Assembly: GCF_009914755.1 (NCBI RefSeq)
Contig: NC_060947.1
Reading direction: 5' to 3' (one strand)
DNA: 64,000 nt
Source of the DNA: the human T2T-CHM13v2.0 reference genome, Homo sapiens
Under the pieces are notes generated by a model. That model searched no databases. It saw only the letters and a program-made list of their open reading frames with translations, and had not been told where the DNA came from. Positions 40,860 through 57,534 of this stretch are shown piece by piece; within the stretch, counting starts at the first letter, position 1, and every line of letters begins with the position of its first letter. The position numbers were made by a program, and so were the translations under genes.

Positions 40860-42884
40860 ACCAAATCCAGCAGCACAATAAAAAGCTAATCCACCGCAAT
40901 CAAATAGACTTTACCCCTGGGATGCAAGTTTGGTTCAAAATATGCAAATCAATAAATGTGATTCATCACATAAACAGAACTAAAAACAAAAACTACATGA
41001 TTATTTCAATAGAAGCAGAAAAGGCTTTTGATAAAATTCAGCATCTGTTCATGTTAAAACAAATTAGGCACTGGAGGAAGATGCCTCAAAATAGTTAACA
41101 GCCATCTATAACAAACCCACAGCCAACATCATACTGAATGAGCAAAAGCTGGAAGCATTCCCCTTAAGAACCAGAACAAAACAAGGATGTCCAGTTTCAC
41201 CACTCCTATTCAACATAGTACTGGGAGTCTTGGCCAGAGCAGTCAGGCAAGAGTAAGAGATAAAAGGCATCCAAATAGGAAGAGAGGAAGTCAAACTATC
41301 TCTGTTTGCAGATTATATAATTCTATACCTAGAAAACCCCATAGTCTCTGCCAAAACCTCCTAGATCTGATTTAAAAAAAAATCAGCACTTCAGCAAAGT
41401 TTCAGGATACAAAACTCAATGCACAAAAATCAGTAGCATTTCTATACACCAACAACATCTAAGCTGAGAGCCACATCAAGAGTGCAATCACATTCACAAC
41501 AGCCACAAGAAGAATAAAATACCTGGGAATACAGCTAACCAGGAAGGTAAAAAATATCTACAATGAGAATTACAAAACACTGCTCAAAGAAATCATAGAT
41601 GACACCAACAAATGGGAAAACATTCCATGTTCATGGATAAGAAGAGTCAATATTGTTAAAATGGCCATACTACCCAAAGCATTTTACAGATTCAATGCTA
41701 TTCCTATCAAACTACCAATGACATTCTTCACATAATTAGAAAAAAAATCTAAAATTCATATGAAACCAAAAAGTAGCCTGACTAGCCAAAACAATCGTAA
41801 GGAAAAAGATCAAAGCTGGAGGAATCACATTACTTGACTTTAAACTACACTACAAGGCTACTGTAAGCAAAGGAGCATGGTACTGGTACAAAAACAAAGA
41901 TATAGACCAATGGAACAGAATGGAGAGCCCAGAAATAAAGTTGTGCACCTATAACCATCTGATCTTCAATGAAGTTGACAAAAGCAAGCAATGAAGAAAG
42001 GATTCCCTATTCAATAAATGGTGCTGGGATAACTGCTAGCCATATGCAGAAGATTAAAACTGGACCCCTTCCTTATACCATATACAAAAATCAACTCAAG
42101 ATGGTTTCAAGACTTATAAATGTAAAGCCTAAAACTACAAAACCCCTGGAAGATAACCTAAGAAATACCATTCTGGACACAGGCCCAGTGAAAGATTTCA
42201 TAACGAAGATATCAAAAGCAATTGCAATGACAACAAAAATTGACAAATGAGACCTAATTAAACTAAAGAGCTTTTGCACAGCAAAAGAAACTATCAACAG
42301 AGTAAATAGACAACACACAGAATGGGGCAAATATTTGCAAGCTATGCATCTGACAAAGGTCTAATATCTGGAAGCTATAAGGCACTTAAATTAACAAGCA
42401 AAAACCAAACAACCCCATTAAAGAGTGGGCAAAACACATGAACAGATACTTTTCAAAAGAAGACATACACATGGCCAACAAGCACATAAAAAAGTGCTAA
42501 ACATCACCAAATCATTAGAAAAATGTAAATTAAGGCCTGGTGCAGTTGGCTCACACCTGTAATCCTAGCACTTTTGGGAGGCCAAGGCGGGTGGATTGCC
42601 TGAGCTCAGGAGTTTGAGACCAGGCTGGGCAATATGGTGAAACCCCATCTCTACTAAAAATAAAAAAAATTAGTTGGCCATGGTGGTGTGCACTTGTAGT
42701 CCCAGATACTCAGGGAGGCTGAGGCATGAGAGTTGCTTAAACCAAGGAGGCAGAGACTGCAGTGAGCTGAGATCACACCACGGTGCTCCAACCTGGGCAA
42801 CAAAGCGAGACTCTGTCTCAAAAAAAAAAAAAATAGAAAAATGTAAATTAAAACCACAATGAGATACCATCTCACACCAGTCAG
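40860..42884 (+). mobile_element. L1 ORF2 remnant (old L1PA/L1PB)
   Basis: Continuous ORF2-like DNA (RT to C-terminal region) with stops and frameshifts. Confidence 0.85.
42534..42833 (+). mobile_element. Alu (AluS/J)
   Basis: Full dimer with poly(A); 18-bp TSD tagaaaaatgtaaattaa. Confidence 0.92.
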
Positions 42885-42965
42885 GTTCATAGTGGCTGAT
42901 TAGATGTAGCTAGTATATGCCCCTTCCATGGAGATAATACTAACAGCCCAGCTCTCAAAGAACTA

Positions 42966-42999
42966 TTAGGTTGGTGCAAAAGTAATTGCAGTTTTTGCC
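42966..42999. mobile_element. Solo Hsmar1/MADE1 terminal inverted repeat
   Basis: TA|TTAGGTTGGTGCAAAAGTAATTGCAGTTTTTGCC. Confidence 0.88.
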
Positions 43000-44750
43000 T
43001 TAACACATCCAGCCCTGGTGCCACTGCCACTGCTGCCACCACTGGCCAAGGAGGGAAAGAAGAGATCAGGCACTTTCACACACTCTGAGGACGAATCCCA
43101 TCCCTGCTGCTGCTGCAGGCTGCTGTGAAACGAAAGAGAAAGAAAACCATGTAACACACAGGTGCCTGCCTATGTTGCTCCCACTGATAGTGGTCCCACC
43201 CTATATGGTGACAGGACTACAGCTGCTACCATTGAGAGCCCAGTCCCCAAAGAACTGCATCCTGCCCTGGGGCTAATGCTGCCACTGCCACCATCAGGCC
43301 CAGGAGGGAGATGGGGGAGGCCTGGCACTTTTACATGCCCCAAGGAAAAGTTGTACTAGTGCTGCTGTAGGCTGTAGGACCAAGGTATGAGCAGGCTGTG
43401 TGCCCCACAAGTGCCTGCTTGCACTGCTGACAATGACAATGGCCCCATCCTCCCAGATGGCAGGCCCACAGTGCAGCCACCACTGCCCCCACCTGAATAT
43501 CCTGCCGGCAGCCTGGAGACAACCCTGCCCCTGCCTATCACAGCTATAGCCTGAATACACTAACCAGGGTCCCTGAGGGCAAGTACACTAACCCAGTCCT
43601 ATGCCCCCAGTACTCAAGTATGCTATCCAGAGGCCTGGGGATCTCTCAGCCCAGTCCATACCAGTGGAACCTGAGTACTCTTCCCAGGGTCTGAAGTTGG
43701 GCTGACCCAACATACCAATACCACCACTGCTGGCAAACACCAACACATATCACCTGTGTGCCAGGAGATTGGCCCACCCAACCCATTGCTGCCACGGCAA
43801 AGACGAGCTTCAACCACATAGGTTGTAGGAGGATGCCCCATCAATGCTATTGCCATTGCCCACATCATGCCCACTGCACAGGGGCCTGAGAACCTGCCCA
43901 TAAACCCGGCCAAACATTGTCACTGCTGACATCTGAACAAGCCACCCGGAGGCCCAAGAATTGGCCTGCCTTCACCTGTTAACACCAGAGCCAGAATACA
44001 TGGCTCTGGGGTTCAAGGACAGGCAAGCTCAGCCCACTGCTGCCACCACTGGGGCCCCAAAACTGGCACACTTCACATCACAGCCCCAGAAAAACTTTGC
44101 CCTAGAAAACCCTAAAGACTTTCTCCAAAAAACTTGTAGAGTTGATTTCAGTAAACTTTCAGGAAACAAAATCAATATACATAAATTAGTAGCATTTCTA
44201 TATGCCAGTAATTATCCAGCTGAGAAACAAATTAAGAAGGAAATCCCATTTACAATAGCTACAAAAAATAAAATAGTAAGGAATATATTTAACCAAGAAT
44301 CTCTACAAGGAAAACTACAAAACACTGGTGAAAGAAATTGTACATGACAAAAATGGAAAAACATCCCATACTCATGGGTCAAAAGAATCAATATTGTTAA
44401 AATGACCATACTGCTCAAAGTAACCTACAGATTAATTGCAATCCCTATCAAGGTACCCACATCATTTTTCACAGAATTAGAAAAAAATTATAAAATTCAT
44501 ATGTAAACAAAAAAGAGCCTGAATAGCCAAAGGAATCCTAAGCAAAAAGAACAAAGACGGAGGTATCTCATTACCTGACTTCAAATTATACTACAAAGCT
44601 ATAGGAACCAAACAGCATGGTACTGGTATAAAAACAGGCACACAAATCAATGGAACAGAATAGAGAACACAGAAATAAAACCACATATCTACAACCAACT
44701 GGTCTTTGACAAAGGTGACAAAAACACACAATGGGGAAAAGACACCCTTT

Positions 44751-44965
44751 ATTTTTCTTTTTCAACTTTTGTTTTAGAATCAGAGGTTACACGTGCAGGT
44801 TTGTTACAAAGGTATATTACATAATGCTGAAGTTTGGGGTATGACTAAATCTGTCACTCTGGTAGTGAACATAGTACCCAATAGGTAGTTTCTCAGCCTT
44901 TAGCCCCCTCTTTCTCTCCCACCTCTAGCAGTCCCCAGTGTCTGTCTATTGTTCCCATCTTTATA
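44751..44965 (-). mobile_element. Short L1PA13-16-type 3' end
   Basis: T tail, ggttacacgtgcaggtttgttac...gtacccaataggtagttt; degenerate TSD gacacccttt/gacatcattt. Confidence 0.75.
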
Positions 44966-45784
44966 GGACATCATTTTCAATAAATGGTCTTGGGAAAATT
45001 GGATTGCCACATGCAGAGGAATGAAACTGGACTCCTATCTCTCACCACATAAAAAAATCAACTTAAGATGGAGTAAATACTTCAATATAAAACCAGAAAC
45101 TATACAAATACTGGCAGAAAACCCAGGGAAACTGCTGGATATTGGTCTAGGCAAAGAATTCACAACTAAGACCTCAAAATCGCAAGCAACAAAAAAAAAA
45201 AAATAGAAAAATGGGACTTCATTAAAAAGCTCTTATACAGCAAAATAATTAATCAACCAGGTGCACAGACAACCTGGAGAATGGGAGAAAAATATTTGCA
45301 AACGATGCATCCAACATGAACCTAGTTCTCAGCAGCCAGCACTCAAATTCACAAGGAACATGAACAACTCAACAACAACAAAGAAAACAAATAACTCCAT
45401 TAAAAAGTGGGTGAAGAACATAAATAGACATTTTTCAAAAGAAGACATACAAATGACCAATAGACATATGAAAAAATGCTCAGCATCACTAATCACTGGA
45501 GAAATGAAAATTAAAACCACAATGAGATATCATCTTACACCAGTCAGAATGGCTATTACTAAAAAGTAAAAAAAAACAGATGTTGGTGAGGATGCTAAAA
45601 GGGAATGCTTATACACTGTTGATGGGAATGTAAATTAATATAACCTCTACAGTATGGAGATTTCTCAAATAAGTAAAAATAGAACTACCGTTTGATCCAG
45701 CAATCCCACTAATAGGTATCTACCCAAAAGTAAAAAAGCCATTATATAAAAAGGATACATGTACTTGTATGTTTATTGCAGCAC

Positions 45785-48764
<2,980 letters not shown>

Positions 48765-50641
48765 AGCACTATTCACAAAGGCAAAGGTATGGAATTAACC
48801 TGAATGTCCGTTAATGGATGACTAAATAAAATGTAGTACATATGCAAAATGGAATACTATTCAGCCATAAAAAATAATAAAATTGTCTTTTGCAGCAACA
48901 TGGATGTAACTGAATGCCATTATCTTAAGTGAAACAACAGAGAAACAGAAAAGAAAATGCCACATGTTCTCACTTATAAGTGGGAACTAAGTAATGTGCA
49001 CACATGGACATAGAGTGAGGAATGATAAATATCAGAGACTTGGAAGGGTAGGAGGGGAGTGAGGGATGAGAAATTATTTAATGAGTACAATGCACATTAT
49101 TCAGGTGATGGTTACCCTAAAATCCCAGACTTCATTACTAGGCAATATATCCACATAACAAAACTACACTTGTACCTCATATATTTATACAAATAAAAAG
49201 AGGAAAAGAAAAAAATTCACAATGACTTTCCAGCAACAGATCCCAATCAAAAAGATATTCACAAAATCCCAGATAACAAATTGAAAATACAAATTTTAAA
49301 GAAGCTCAGCAAGATAAATGAGAAATCTGAAAAACAAAAATAAATCAGAAAAACAATTCAAGATATGAATTAGAAATTTTTCAAATAGATATTTTTTTAA
49401 AAAAGAACCCAACAAAAATTCTGAAACTGAAGAATTCATTGAATAAAATATAAAATACATTTGAAAGTTACAACAATAGATTAGGTCAAGCAGAAGAAAG
49501 AATTTCAGAACTTGAAGACAGGTCTTTTGAAATAATCCAGTCAGAAAAAAAAATAAATAAAAAAGAATTAAATAGAATGAGCAAAACCTTCATGACATTT
49601 GGGATACCATAAAGTGATCAAATCTTTGAATTATCAGTGTTCTCAAGGCTGAAGAGAGAACAAAATGATGGAATCCTATTTAATGAAATAATAGGTGAAA
49701 AATTCCCAAGTCTAGCAAGAGATTTCGACATCCATATGTCTATATGGGGCTCAAACATCCCCAGAAATACAATGCATAAAGGTTTTCTCCCCACCACATT
49801 ATAGTCAGTCTCTCTAAAGTCAAAGATAAAACAGGATTCTAAAAATAGCAAGAGAAAAATGTCTAGCCACCAATAAAAGAACTCTCATCAGACTAACAGC
49901 AGATTTCTCAGCAGAAGTCTTACAGGACAGGAAAGAATGAGATGATGTATTCAATGTCCTGAAAGAAAAAAAAACTGCCAGCCAAGGATACTATCCCCAG
50001 CAACGTTTTCACTCATAAATGAAGGGAAATTTATGATTTCCCTCATAAATGAAGTCTTTTTCAGAGAAGCAAATGCTGAGAGAATTTTCACCACTAGATG
50101 AGTCCTACAAGAAATGCTCGAGTCTTAAACCTGAAAGCAAAATGACAGTATTTACCACCATGAAAACAAACAAAAGTATAAAACCCACTAGTAAACCCTA
50201 CACACAAATGAGGAAGAGAATGGACTCAAATGATACCACTACAGAAAATCACCACACCAAAATAACAAACAATAAGAGAAAACAAAAGGAACAAAAAATA
50301 TACAAAACAACCAGAAAACAATTAACAATATGATAAGAACAAAACCTCACATAGCAGTGATAACCCTGAATGCAAATGGACTAAATTCTCCACTTAAACA
50401 TATAGACTGGCTGAATGGATTTTAAAAACATGGTCCAACTGTATGCTGCCTCCAAGAAGAGCACTTTACCTGCAAGGATACATATAGACAAAGGGGGATA
50501 ATGAAGACATTACATGCAAATGGAAACTAAAAGTAAACAGGAGTAGCTATACTTAGATAAAACAGACTTTAGGTGAAAAACAGTAAAAAGACAAGGTCAT
50601 TACATAATGGTAAATTAATCAAGCAAGAGGATATAAATTAT

Positions 50642-50650
50642 ACACACACA

Positions 50651-50695
<45 letters not shown>
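50642..50695. repeat. (CA)n/(TA)n microsatellite
   Basis: Interrupted CA run followed by TA. Confidence 0.9.
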
Positions 50696-51174
50696 GCTTT
50701 ATGAATCTGTGTGCTCCATGAAAATAAACAAAATGTTTTGTATGTTTGGAGTACATATATGCACTCAATCCTGGAGCACACAGATTTGTAAAGCAAATAT
50801 TGCTAGATATAAAGGGAGAGAAAGATTCCAACACAATAATAATGGGGAACTTTAACAGCCCACTCTCAGCATTAGACAGATCATCTAGACAGAAAATCAA
50901 CACAGAAACATTGGATTTAAACTGGTAAACTGATCCTTAGACCAAATGGACCTAACAGATATTAAAGAAAATTTCATCCAACAATTACAGAATGCACATT
51001 CTTCCCACAGGCACATGAGACACTCTTCAGGATAGACCATATGCTGGCTACAAAACAAGTCTCAACAACTTTTTAAAAACTGAAGTCATATCAAGTATTT
51101 CAGACCAAAATGGAATAAAATTAGAAATCAATAGCAAGAAGAACTTTAGAAACTGTAAAAATCCATCGTTATTG

Positions 51175-51470
51175 GGCCAGGCACGGTGGCTCATGCCTTT
51201 AATCCCAGCACTTTGGGGAGGCCGAGGCGGGCGGATCACCTGAGGTTGTGAGTTCAAGACCAGCCTGACCAACATGGAGAAACCCCGTCTCTACTAAAAA
51301 TACAAAAAAATTAGCCAAGCATGGTGGTGCATGCCTGTAATCCCAGCTACTCGGGAGCCTGAGGCAGGAGAATTGCTTGAACCTGGGAGGCAGAGGTTGC
51401 AGTGAGTGAGATCATGCCATTGCACTCCAGCCTGGGCAACAAGAGCAAAGCTCCGTCTCAAAAAAAAAAA
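51175..51470 (+). mobile_element. AluSp-like
   Basis: gaccagcctgaccaacatggagaaacccc diagnostic; TSD atccatcgttatt/atccatggttatt. Confidence 0.9.
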
Positions 51471-54397
51471 AAAATCCATGGTTATTAAACAAAAAGCTCC
51501 TAGATGGCATTGAGTCAAGAAATAAATTAGGGAGAGCAAAAAATTTCCTGAAACAAGTGAAAATGAAAACAACACATACGCAAAAGTACAGGGTACAGCA
51601 AAAGCAGTGCTCAGAGGAAAGTTTATAGCAATAAATGGCTACATGAAGAAAGTACAAATATTTCAAATAAGCAACATAACAACGCACTTGAAGGAACTAG
51701 AAAAATATGAACAAAACCCAAAATTAGCAGAAAGAGAAAAAATAATAAAGATAAGAGCAGAATTAAACAAAATAGAGACTCAAAAAATACAAAGATCAAC
51801 AAAATGAAAATTTGGTTTTTTGAAAAGATAAACAAGTTTTATAAACAACTCACTAAGCAAATCAAAAAAGAGAGAAGACCCAAATAAACAAAATTAGAAA
51901 TGAAAAAGGAGATATTACAACTGATACCAAACAGAAATACAAAAGATCATCAGAGACTATTATGAACATCTATACACTAACAAAGTGGAAAACCTACGGG
52001 AAATGGATACATCCCTTGACATACACAATGTGTCAAAGTTGAGTCAGGAGGAAATAGAAAAGCTGAACAGATCAATAACAAGTAGTGAGATTGAACCAGT
52101 AATAAACAGTCTCCCAAAGAAGAAAGCTCAGGACCAGATGGATTCACAGATGAATTCTATCAAGTGTATAAAGAACAACTAATATTAACCCTCCTGAAAC
52201 TATTCTAAAAAATTGAAGAAGAGAGAACTATCCCTAACTCATTTAATGAGGCCAGAATTACCTTCATACCAAAATCTGGCAAAGACACAACAGAAAAAGA
52301 AAAGTAAAGGCTGATATTCCTGATGAACACAGATGCAAAAATCCTCAACAAAATACTAGCAAACAAAATCCAACAGCACATCAAAAAGATAATACACCAC
52401 AATCAAGTGAGATTTATCCCAGGGATGGAAGGATGGTTCAACATATGTAAACCAATATATGTGCTACAACCCATCAACAGAATGAAGGACAAAAATTATA
52501 TGGTCATCTTAATAGATGCAGAAAAAGAATTTGATAAAATTCAACGTCCTTTCATGATAAAAACTCTCAACAAACTAGTATAGAAGGAATATACCTCAAA
52601 AACATAAAGGTCATATATAACAAACCCACAGTTAACATCATACCAAATGGAAAAAAGCTAAAAGCCTTACCTCTAAGAAATGGAAAAAGACAAGGATGCC
52701 CACTTTCACCACTCCTGTTCAACATAATACTGGAAGTGCTAGCCAGAGCAACCAAGCAAGAGAAAGAAATAAAACGCATCCAAATTGGAAACAAGGAAGT
52801 CAAGTCACTCTCTTTGCTGATGATATGATCTTATATCTAAAAAAATCTAGAGACTCTACTAAAAAACTCCTACATTTGATAAATAAAGTAACATTTTAGG
52901 ATACAAAGTCAACATACAAAAATCAGTAGTGTTTATATATGCCAACAATGATCTAGCCAAGAAAGAAAGCAGGCAATCCCATTGACAATAGCTACAAAAA
53001 ATAAAATACTTGGGAATAAATTTAATCGAGGTGAAAAATCTTTACAGAAAAACTAAAAAATACTGACAAAAGAAATTTAAGAGAACAGAACAACTGGAAA
53101 ACATCCCATGCTTAAGTATTGGAATAATTAATATTATTAAAATGACCAAATTACCCAAACCAATCTACAGATTCAATGTGATCCCTATCTAAGAACCAAT
53201 GTTATTTTACACAGAATTAGTGAAAACAATCTTAAAATTTGTATGGAACTAAAACAGAGCCCGAGTAGCCAAAGCAATACTAAGCAAAAAGAACAAAGAT
53301 GGAGGCATCACATTACCTGACTTCAAATTATATTACAAGGCTATAGTGTCTAAAACAGCATGGCATTGGTATAAAAACAGATGACACATAGACAAATGGA
53401 ACAGAATAGAGAGTCTAGAAATAAATCCATGTACTTATATCCAACTGATTTTTGACAAAGATACCAAGAACATATACTGGTGAAAGGAAACCCTCTTCAA
53501 TAGATGATTCTGAGAAAATGGGAGACCTGTATGCAGAAGAATAAAACTGGACCTCTTTCTCTCTCCATATAAAAAATTAAGTCAAGAAGGATTAAAGTCT
53601 TAAGCATGACCCAAACCGTTTAAGCAGTAGAACAAAACACAGAGAAAACATTGGTCTAGGTAAAGATTTCATGGCTAAGACATCAAAGGCACAATTATAA
53701 TAAAAACATACAAATGAGACTTTATTAAACTAAAGAGCTTTTGTACAGCAAAAGAAACAATCAACAGAGTGAAGAGACAACCCATTGAATGGGAGAAAAT
53801 ATTTGCAAATTATTCATCCAACAAGGGACTAATATCCAGAATCTAGAAGGAACTCAAAGAACTCAACAATAAAAAAAAAAATCCTGTTAAAAAGTGAACA
53901 AAGGATATGAATAGACATTTCTTTTTAAAATACATACAAATTGCCATCAGCTGTAGGAAAAAAATGCTCAACATCCCTAATCATCAGGGAAATGCAAATT
54001 AAAACCACAATGAGATATAATCATACCCCAGCTAGGAAGCCTATTATTTAAAAAACAACAAATGAACAAATGTTGATGAGGATGTGGATAAAAGGGAACT
54101 CTCATCTGCTGGTGGAATGTAAATTAGCACAACTATGGAAACAGTATGGAGGATGTTTCAAAAAACTAAAAATAGAATTACCATATGATCTAGCAATCCT
54201 ATAATAGTACTGGGTATTTATCTAAAGGAAACAAAATCTGTATATCAAAAGAATACCTGCACTTACATGTTTATAACAGCACTATTCATAATAGCAAAGA
54301 TATAGAATAAACCTAAGTGTCTATTGAAGAATAGATAAAGAAAAATTTGGTATATATACATAATGGAATACTATTCACCATAAAAAAGAATGAAATC

Positions 54398-54695
<298 letters not shown>

Positions 54696-55165
54696 AAACA
54701 ATGAAATCATGTCATTTGCAGCAACATGGATGGAACTGGAGTTAAGTGAAATAAGCCAGGAACAGAAAGACAGATACTGCATGTTCTCACTAATTTATGA
54801 AAGGTAAAATCACTGATTTCATGAAGATAGAGACCAGAATGATAGATATTAGAGGTCGAGAAGGATGTGTGGATGGGAGAAGTGATATAGAAAGATTGGT
54901 TAGTGGGTACCAACATACAGTTGAATAGAATAAATAAGCTCCAATAATCTATACCAGAGTGACTACAGTTAGCAACAATGTATTATATATTCCAAAGTAG
55001 CTAAAAGAGAGGACTTGAAATGTTACCAACACATAGAAATGATAAATATTCAAGGTGATGGATACCCCAAATACCCTGACTTGATCTTTATCCATCCTAT
55101 GCATGTAACAAATACTCATATGCACCCCAAAAATATGTAAAATATTTTGTATCGGTAAGAAAAAG

Positions 55166-57533
55166 AAGAAAATGTCAACCGAAAATTCTATTTGCAGCAA
55201 GACTGTACTTCAAATGAAGGTAATATAAAGACATTCCCAAATGGATAAAAATTGAGAGAATTTATTACTAGTAGAACTCCTGTACAAAAATACTAAAGAA
55301 AGTTCCTTGGGCTGAAAGGAAATGACACCAGATGGTAATAAAATAATCACAAAGTAATAAAGGTAAAGATTATTACATGGGTAAATATAAAACATGGTAC
55401 ATACGTGTACATACACATGTACTTCTGTTTCCTTTGCTTAACTGATCTAAAAGACAATTGTATAAAACAATAATTTATGAAAGTGTATGGTTGGTCTTAC
55501 AACATATAAAGCTACAAGATACATCATACTTACCAAAATATGTGTGGATAAAATAGACCTATATTGGAGCAAGAAAATGATGCCATTGATAACATGCATC
55601 CTCAGAAAGAATTGAAGACAACCATAAATGATAAATATATAAATTAATCTAAAAGACTTTATAAATGTATTTTCTCCTTTCTTCCATCTCTTCTTTAAAA
55701 ACATAATTTTACAAATTCATAATTATAACTGTATTTGGGGGTTTATATCACATATAGACATAATATACATTACTTTAATAACATAAAAGAAGGTAGAAAA
55801 TGGAGCTCTTCTGAAGTTTCTACGTGCTACTGAAATGAAGTCAGCATTAATCTTCTGTAAACTGTGGTAAAATAAGATGCACATTATAAACCCTAGAGAA
55901 ACCAGTAGGAAAATAATTAAAAATATACATGTATATGATAAAGACATCAAAAATTAATTATAACAGTATATTAGAATATAGCTATTTAACACAAAAAACT
56001 AGAGCAGGAAGAACAGAGGAACAAAAAGACAGGGTATATGTAGATGAAAAATAGTAAACTGGCAGGCAGAAATTGAAACAGACTAAATGTAAACAGTTAC
56101 ATTAAGTATAAAATAATTAAACATTCAAATCAAAAGGGAGAAACTATCAGGCTGGATTTTAAACACTAGATGAAAAAATATATATCTAACTATACTATGA
56201 GAGACACGCTTTACAGTCAAAGAAACAAGCTAAAGGGAAAGGATGGGGAAAGATATACCAGGTAAGCCTTAAAGAGAGCTAGAGTGACTACACTGTTATT
56301 ATACTAAATAGACTTTTTAAAAGAGAAAAATTTTATAATTCAGTAATTCAATTCCTCAGGGAAATGTGAAAAGTAAAATGATACATGCATCTAACAAATA
56401 GAGCCCCATGGTACATGAAGAAGAAAGAAACTGATAGAATTAAAGAAAGAAAGAAATAATGCAACAATAATAGATGAAAACCTCAAAATCCCACTCTTAA
56501 TAATGGATATAACAAAAAGAAAATCAGTGAAGAAATAAAAGACTTAGACAACACTATATACTTATGGACTACCTGACATCAATAGAACACTTCACTCCAA
56601 AACGCACATTCTTTTAAGCACACATGTAACTTTATACAGAAAAGACAATATGCAAGGTCATAAAATAATTCCCCATAAATTTAAAAGACTGAAATCATAA
56701 AGCATGTTCTCTAATCACAATGGAATTAAATTAGAATCAATAGTAGAAAGAAATTTGGGAAATCCACAAATATTTAAAAATTAAGAAAAACATATAAATA
56801 ATCCATGAGCTAAAGAAGAAACCAAGGGGAAATTTTTTTTGAACTGAATGAAAATAAAACTAATATACCAAAATTTATGGAACACTTCACACCTATTAGA
56901 ATGGCTATTATCAAAAAGACTAAAGATAACAAGTGTGGTAAGGATGTGGAGAAAAGGGAACCCTTGTACACTTTTGGTGGGAATGTCAATTAGGATAGCC
57001 ATTATGGAAAACATTGTAATGGTTCCTAAAAAAATTAAAAATGGAATTACCATTTGATCCAGCAATCTCACTTACTGGTATAGCCAAAACATATAAAATC
57101 AGTCTGTTGAAGAGACATCTGCACCCCCATGCTCACTGCAACACTATTTACTATAATCAAGATATGAAATCAACCTAAGTATCCATCAATAGGTGAAAGT
57201 GTAAAGAAAATGTGGTATGTATACACAATGGGATACTATTCAGCCTTAAGAAAGAGGAAAATCTTGTCATTTGCAACAACATGGATGAACCTGGAGGATG
57301 TTATGTTAAGGGAACTAAGCCAGGCACAAAATGACAAATACCACCTTATCTGACTTATATGTGTAAACTAAATAACTTGAACTCATAGAAGCAGAGAATA
57401 AACTGGTGCTTCTGAGGGGCTGGGTGCAGGGGAGGGGACTGGGGAGATGTTGGTCAAATGATAAACAATTTCAATTTGACAGGAGAAAGGAGTTCAAGAC
57501 ACATGGTGACTATATTTGATAACAATGTACTGT
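55166..57533 (+). mobile_element. Old L1M ORF1/endonuclease remnant followed by an L1MA 3' end (about 56885-57533)
   Basis: Decayed L1 sequence; ORF2 C-terminal motifs and 3'UTR. Confidence 0.65.
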
Positions 57534-57534
57534 T

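Noticed and set aside
42885-44095. GC-rich stretch as a CpG island or TMLHE promoter/exon 1
   Set aside because: CpG-depleted and resembles an old L1PB-type 5'UTR; TMLHE exon 1 is not recognisable in this window.
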